Shown piece by piece: positions 37,528-40,290 of a stretch of DNA of 40,290 bases. A program made the translations under genes and the position numbers. Below the pieces are notes generated by a model. The model was not told the origin of the DNA. It made no database searches and saw nothing but the letters and a program-made list of their open reading frames with translations. The stretch's first letter is position 1; each line of letters opens with the position of its first letter. The stretch is from an uncultured Ruminococcus sp. (GTDB lineage: Bacteria; Bacillota; Clostridia; Oscillospirales; CAG-272), in the NCBI GenBank assembly GCA_902797235.1, contig CADBSB010000006.1, positions 1-40,290 on the forward strand, given 5' to 3'.

Positions 37528-38295
37528 ATGAAAATAGACAAGAAACTGTACGTTTTCGATATGGACGGCACTATATATTTGGGCGAAAACGTTTTTCCGT
37601 TTGCCGTCACGTATATAAAAAGGCTTAGAGCGGAGGGCAGGCGCGTCCTGTTCTTTACGAACAACGCCTCAAAAAGTCCGGAATTCTACCTTGATCGTCT
37701 CAGCAGAATGGGTTTTGAGCCGCGCGGCGACGAGATAATGACGTCGGGCGACGTTACGATAAGATTTCTAAAAGAAAAAAGAGCGGGGAAGTCCGTTTAT
37801 CTGCTCGGCACCAAGCTTTTGCAAAAGAGTTTTTCCGACGCGGGGATAGAGTTGTCCGATAACGCGGATATAGTCGTATCGAGCTTCGATACGGAGCTGA
37901 CGTATAAAAAGCTCGAACGCGCGTGTACGCTCATACGTAACGGCGCGGAATACCTCTGCACGCACCCGGATTTCAACTGCCCGACGGAGGACGGTTTTAT
38001 CCCTGACAGCGGCGCGATAGCCGCGGCAATAACCGCGTCAACGGGTGTAAAGCCGCGCTTTTTCGGCAAGCCCTACGCCGACACGGCGGAAATGATACTG
38101 TCTTACACCGGCTGCGAGGCGAAGGACGCCTGCATTTTCGGAGACAGACTTTATACCGATATCGCCCTCGGCAAAAATTCCGGTATGACCGCCGTTCTCG
38201 TGTTGTCGGGCGAGACGAAAAAAAGCGAGCTTTCCTCGCTGACGCCCGAGCAGATGCCCGATACAGTACTTGAATCAATTGAAGATCTATTATAA
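37528..38295 (+). CDS. HAD-IIA (NagD-like) phosphatase
   Basis: FDMDGTIY, TNN, PD.G, GKP and GDRLYTDI motifs. Confidence 0.9.
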   Translation: MKIDKKLYVFDMDGTIYLGENVFPFAVTYIKRLRAEGRRVLFFTNNASKSPEFYLDRLSRMGFEPRGDEIMTSGDVTIRFLKEKRAGKSVYLLGTKLLQKSFSDAGIELSDNADIVVSSFDTELTYKKLERACTLIRNGAEYLCTHPDFNCPTEDGFIPDSGAIAAAITASTGVKPRFFGKPYADTAEMILSYTGCEAKDACIFGDRLYTDIALGKNSGMTAVLVLSGETKKSELSSLTPEQMPDTVLESIEDLL

Positions 38296-38309
38296 AAGGA
38301 GATATTAAA

Positions 38310-39116
38310 ATGAGGGTTTTTGACGTTAAGATCTGTGAGCGCGGCAGGCTCACCTGCTACATCTGCGACGAATCGCCCGAGATGCCGGACGTGGTGCGCG
38401 ACGCGATGCTCGTTTTCCCCGGCGGCGGCTACGCCGCGTGCTGTGACAGAGAGGGCGAGCCGATAGTTAAGAAATATCTCGCCGCGGGAATGAACGCGTT
38501 TTGTCTGCGTTATTCCGTAGGGCGCGACGCCGGCGGATTCATGCCGCTTGTCGAGGCGTCGTTTGCCATGAAATACATACGCGAGCACGCAAAGGAATTC
38601 AATATAAAAAGAGTTTTCGCCGTGGGCTTTTCCGCGGGCGGTCACCTCTGCGGTTCTCTCGGCACGTTCTGGGGCGAGCCGTGGCTTATGGAAAAACTCG
38701 GAGCCGATTTCCCGTACGGCATAAACAAGCCGGACGGAACGGTTTTATCGTACGCCGTTTTGTCGGCGGTCGAGGGCTCGCACAGACCGAGCTTTGAGAC
38801 GATAATAGGAAAAGAAAATCCGACCGAGGAAGATTTTGAAAGATATTCCGTTGAGCTGCACGCGGGCGAGCAGTCGTCCCCGGCTTTCATCTGGGCGACG
38901 TCCGACGACGCGGTAGTCCCCGTGGTGAACTCCATACGTTTCGCGGATAAACTCGCGGCAAAGGGAATACCGTTCGAGCTCCATATCTGGCCGCACGGCC
39001 CGCACGGACTGTCGCTTGCAGAAAAGGAGACGGCCGTCGGTATGCCGGTAATGATAAACGAATCCGTCGCGGAATGGATACCGCTTTCGATAAACTGGAT
39101 AAAGAATTTGAAGTGA
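38310..39116 (+). CDS. Alpha/beta hydrolase (esterase)
   Basis: PGGGY oxyanion motif, GFSAGG nucleophile, DD.VVP and HGPHGL motifs. Confidence 0.88.
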   Translation: MRVFDVKICERGRLTCYICDESPEMPDVVRDAMLVFPGGGYAACCDREGEPIVKKYLAAGMNAFCLRYSVGRDAGGFMPLVEASFAMKYIREHAKEFNIKRVFAVGFSAGGHLCGSLGTFWGEPWLMEKLGADFPYGINKPDGTVLSYAVLSAVEGSHRPSFETIIGKENPTEEDFERYSVELHAGEQSSPAFIWATSDDAVVPVVNSIRFADKLAAKGIPFELHIWPHGPHGLSLAEKETAVGMPVMINESVAEWIPLSINWIKNLK

Positions 39117-39117
39117 T

Positions 39118-40194
39118 ATGAAAAAAGTTTTAAAGATAGTCATCATAATACTTATCGTGATCGTCGCCGTGATAGTAAGCTACGCCGCGTATCTTTTCAT
39201 ATCATACCACAGAGACGGCGACAAGGTACTGGAAGTCGGTGGCGACGCGCAGCTGTCCGGGATCGATCGCGGTGATTCAAACGGATTTACCGTGGTGTCG
39301 TTCAATATCGGCTTCGGTGCATACGAATCGGATTTCGGCTTTTTCATGGACGGCGGAAACCGCGCGCGTGCGTGGTCCGAGGAACGGCTTGACAAGAATA
39401 TGAAGAAAATCGCAAATCTTTTAGCGGAGCAGGACGCGGATATTTATCTTGTTCAGGAGATAGACACGGACGCGATGCGCACGTATCACGTGGACGAGCG
39501 CAAATATCTGACGGACGTTTTAACGGAAAGAGATAACGTTTACGCGCAGAATTTCGATTCGGCATATCTGTTCTACCCGTTTATCGAGCCGCACGGAACG
39601 GCAAAATCCGGTATCATCATGTTTTCGCGCTTTGACATAACAAAGGCGGAGAGGGTCGAACTCCCGGTGGAAACGGGCGTTATGAAGATAGTGGACCTTG
39701 ACCGCTGTTACAGTAAAAGCCGTATAAAGGTAAGCGACGGAAAGGAGCTTATAGTTTATAATTTCCACCTGTCCGCATACACATCGGACGGCAGGATCAC
39801 AAACGATCAGCTGAAAAAGCTTCTGTCCGATATGCAGTACGAGTACGACAAGGGCAATTACTGCCTGGCGGGCGGCGATTTCAACAAGGACCTGCTCGGC
39901 GATTCGTCTGTCTATTTCGGCAAATCGGATAAAACGTACACGTGGGCGCAGCCCATACCGGACGGAATGTTCGACGGCTTTACGGTAAAGCTTTACGCCC
40001 CGCTCGACGAGGACGATCCCGTGCCCACGAACCGCAACGCCGACTCCGCGTACCACGAAGGTCAGTTCGTTGTGACGATAGACGGTTTCCTTATGACCGA
40101 TAATCTTTCGTTCGTTTCATCGTCCGTCATAAACACGAATTTCGCATACTCCGACCACAACCCCGTAAAAATGACGTTCAAATTCGCCGATTAA
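39118..40194 (+). CDS. Membrane-anchored endonuclease/exonuclease/phosphatase-family protein
   Basis: N-terminal TM, SFNIG, QEID, HLSAY, GGDFN, IDGF and SDHNP motifs. Confidence 0.88.
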   Translation: MKKVLKIVIIILIVIVAVIVSYAAYLFISYHRDGDKVLEVGGDAQLSGIDRGDSNGFTVVSFNIGFGAYESDFGFFMDGGNRARAWSEERLDKNMKKIANLLAEQDADIYLVQEIDTDAMRTYHVDERKYLTDVLTERDNVYAQNFDSAYLFYPFIEPHGTAKSGIIMFSRFDITKAERVELPVETGVMKIVDLDRCYSKSRIKVSDGKELIVYNFHLSAYTSDGRITNDQLKKLLSDMQYEYDKGNYCLAGGDFNKDLLGDSSVYFGKSDKTYTWAQPIPDGMFDGFTVKLYAPLDEDDPVPTNRNADSAYHEGQFVVTIDGFLMTDNLSFVSSSVINTNFAYSDHNPVKMTFKFAD

Positions 40195-40197
40195 CCG

Positions 40198-40276
40198 TGT
40201 GCGAGCGCACCATAACTCGCCGCAGGCGAATATAACTGCGACAGCAATATAACTTGCCGTCAGGCAAATATAACTG
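40198..40276. repeat. Hairpin array with (AAT)ATAACT linkers
   Basis: ATAACT at 40212, 40232, 40248 and 40270, separated by hairpins CGCC/GGCG, GC/GC and TGCC/GGCA. Confidence 0.7.
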
Positions 40277-40290
40277 AAAAAACCTCGCGC

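Noticed and set aside
37522-39124. Identical AGTGATATGAAAA at two gene junctions, suggesting cassette recombination sites
   Set aside because: Explained by stop-1 nt-ATG-AAA translational coupling.

Overview
Chromosomal window from a spore-forming clostridial (Oscillospiraceae-like) bacterium; the taxon is inferred from gene content. It is mostly housekeeping and sporulation genes. In order: a guaA 3' remnant, an internally duplicated lipoprotein, a glutaminase-less GMP synthase, two membrane proteins, tRNA-Ala(CGC), a yolD-like/Y-family polymerase pair, spoVT, the full spoIIIAA-AH operon, a nucleotidyltransferase fused to a degenerate phosphomannomutase, rnj with a DHHW lipoprotein, tmcAL divergent from ackA, murC, spoVG, srtB with a GT2 gene, a spoIVFB-like gene, potABCD and an XRE regulator. 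The window ends with a divergent module: Crp/Fnr plus a NitT/TauT-type ABC importer on one side, and type II pantothenate kinase, HAD phosphatase, alpha/beta hydrolase and EEP on the other. No CRISPR array, integrase or transposase was seen. The most interesting signals are: (1) a ~220-nt potA leader with an Arg-rich uORF and a terminator-like hairpin, a candidate polyamine/Arg attenuator; (2) the Crp/ABC/PanK module with two copies of a TGTWTC-N4-GAAACA palindrome, a candidate CoA-precursor salvage regulon; (3) dispersed arrays of variable hairpins joined by invariant linkers (AATATAACT or RTGAATT); and (4) a folded element whose ends match the adjacent tRNA T-arm. Family assignments come from motif recognition by eye, not database searches.
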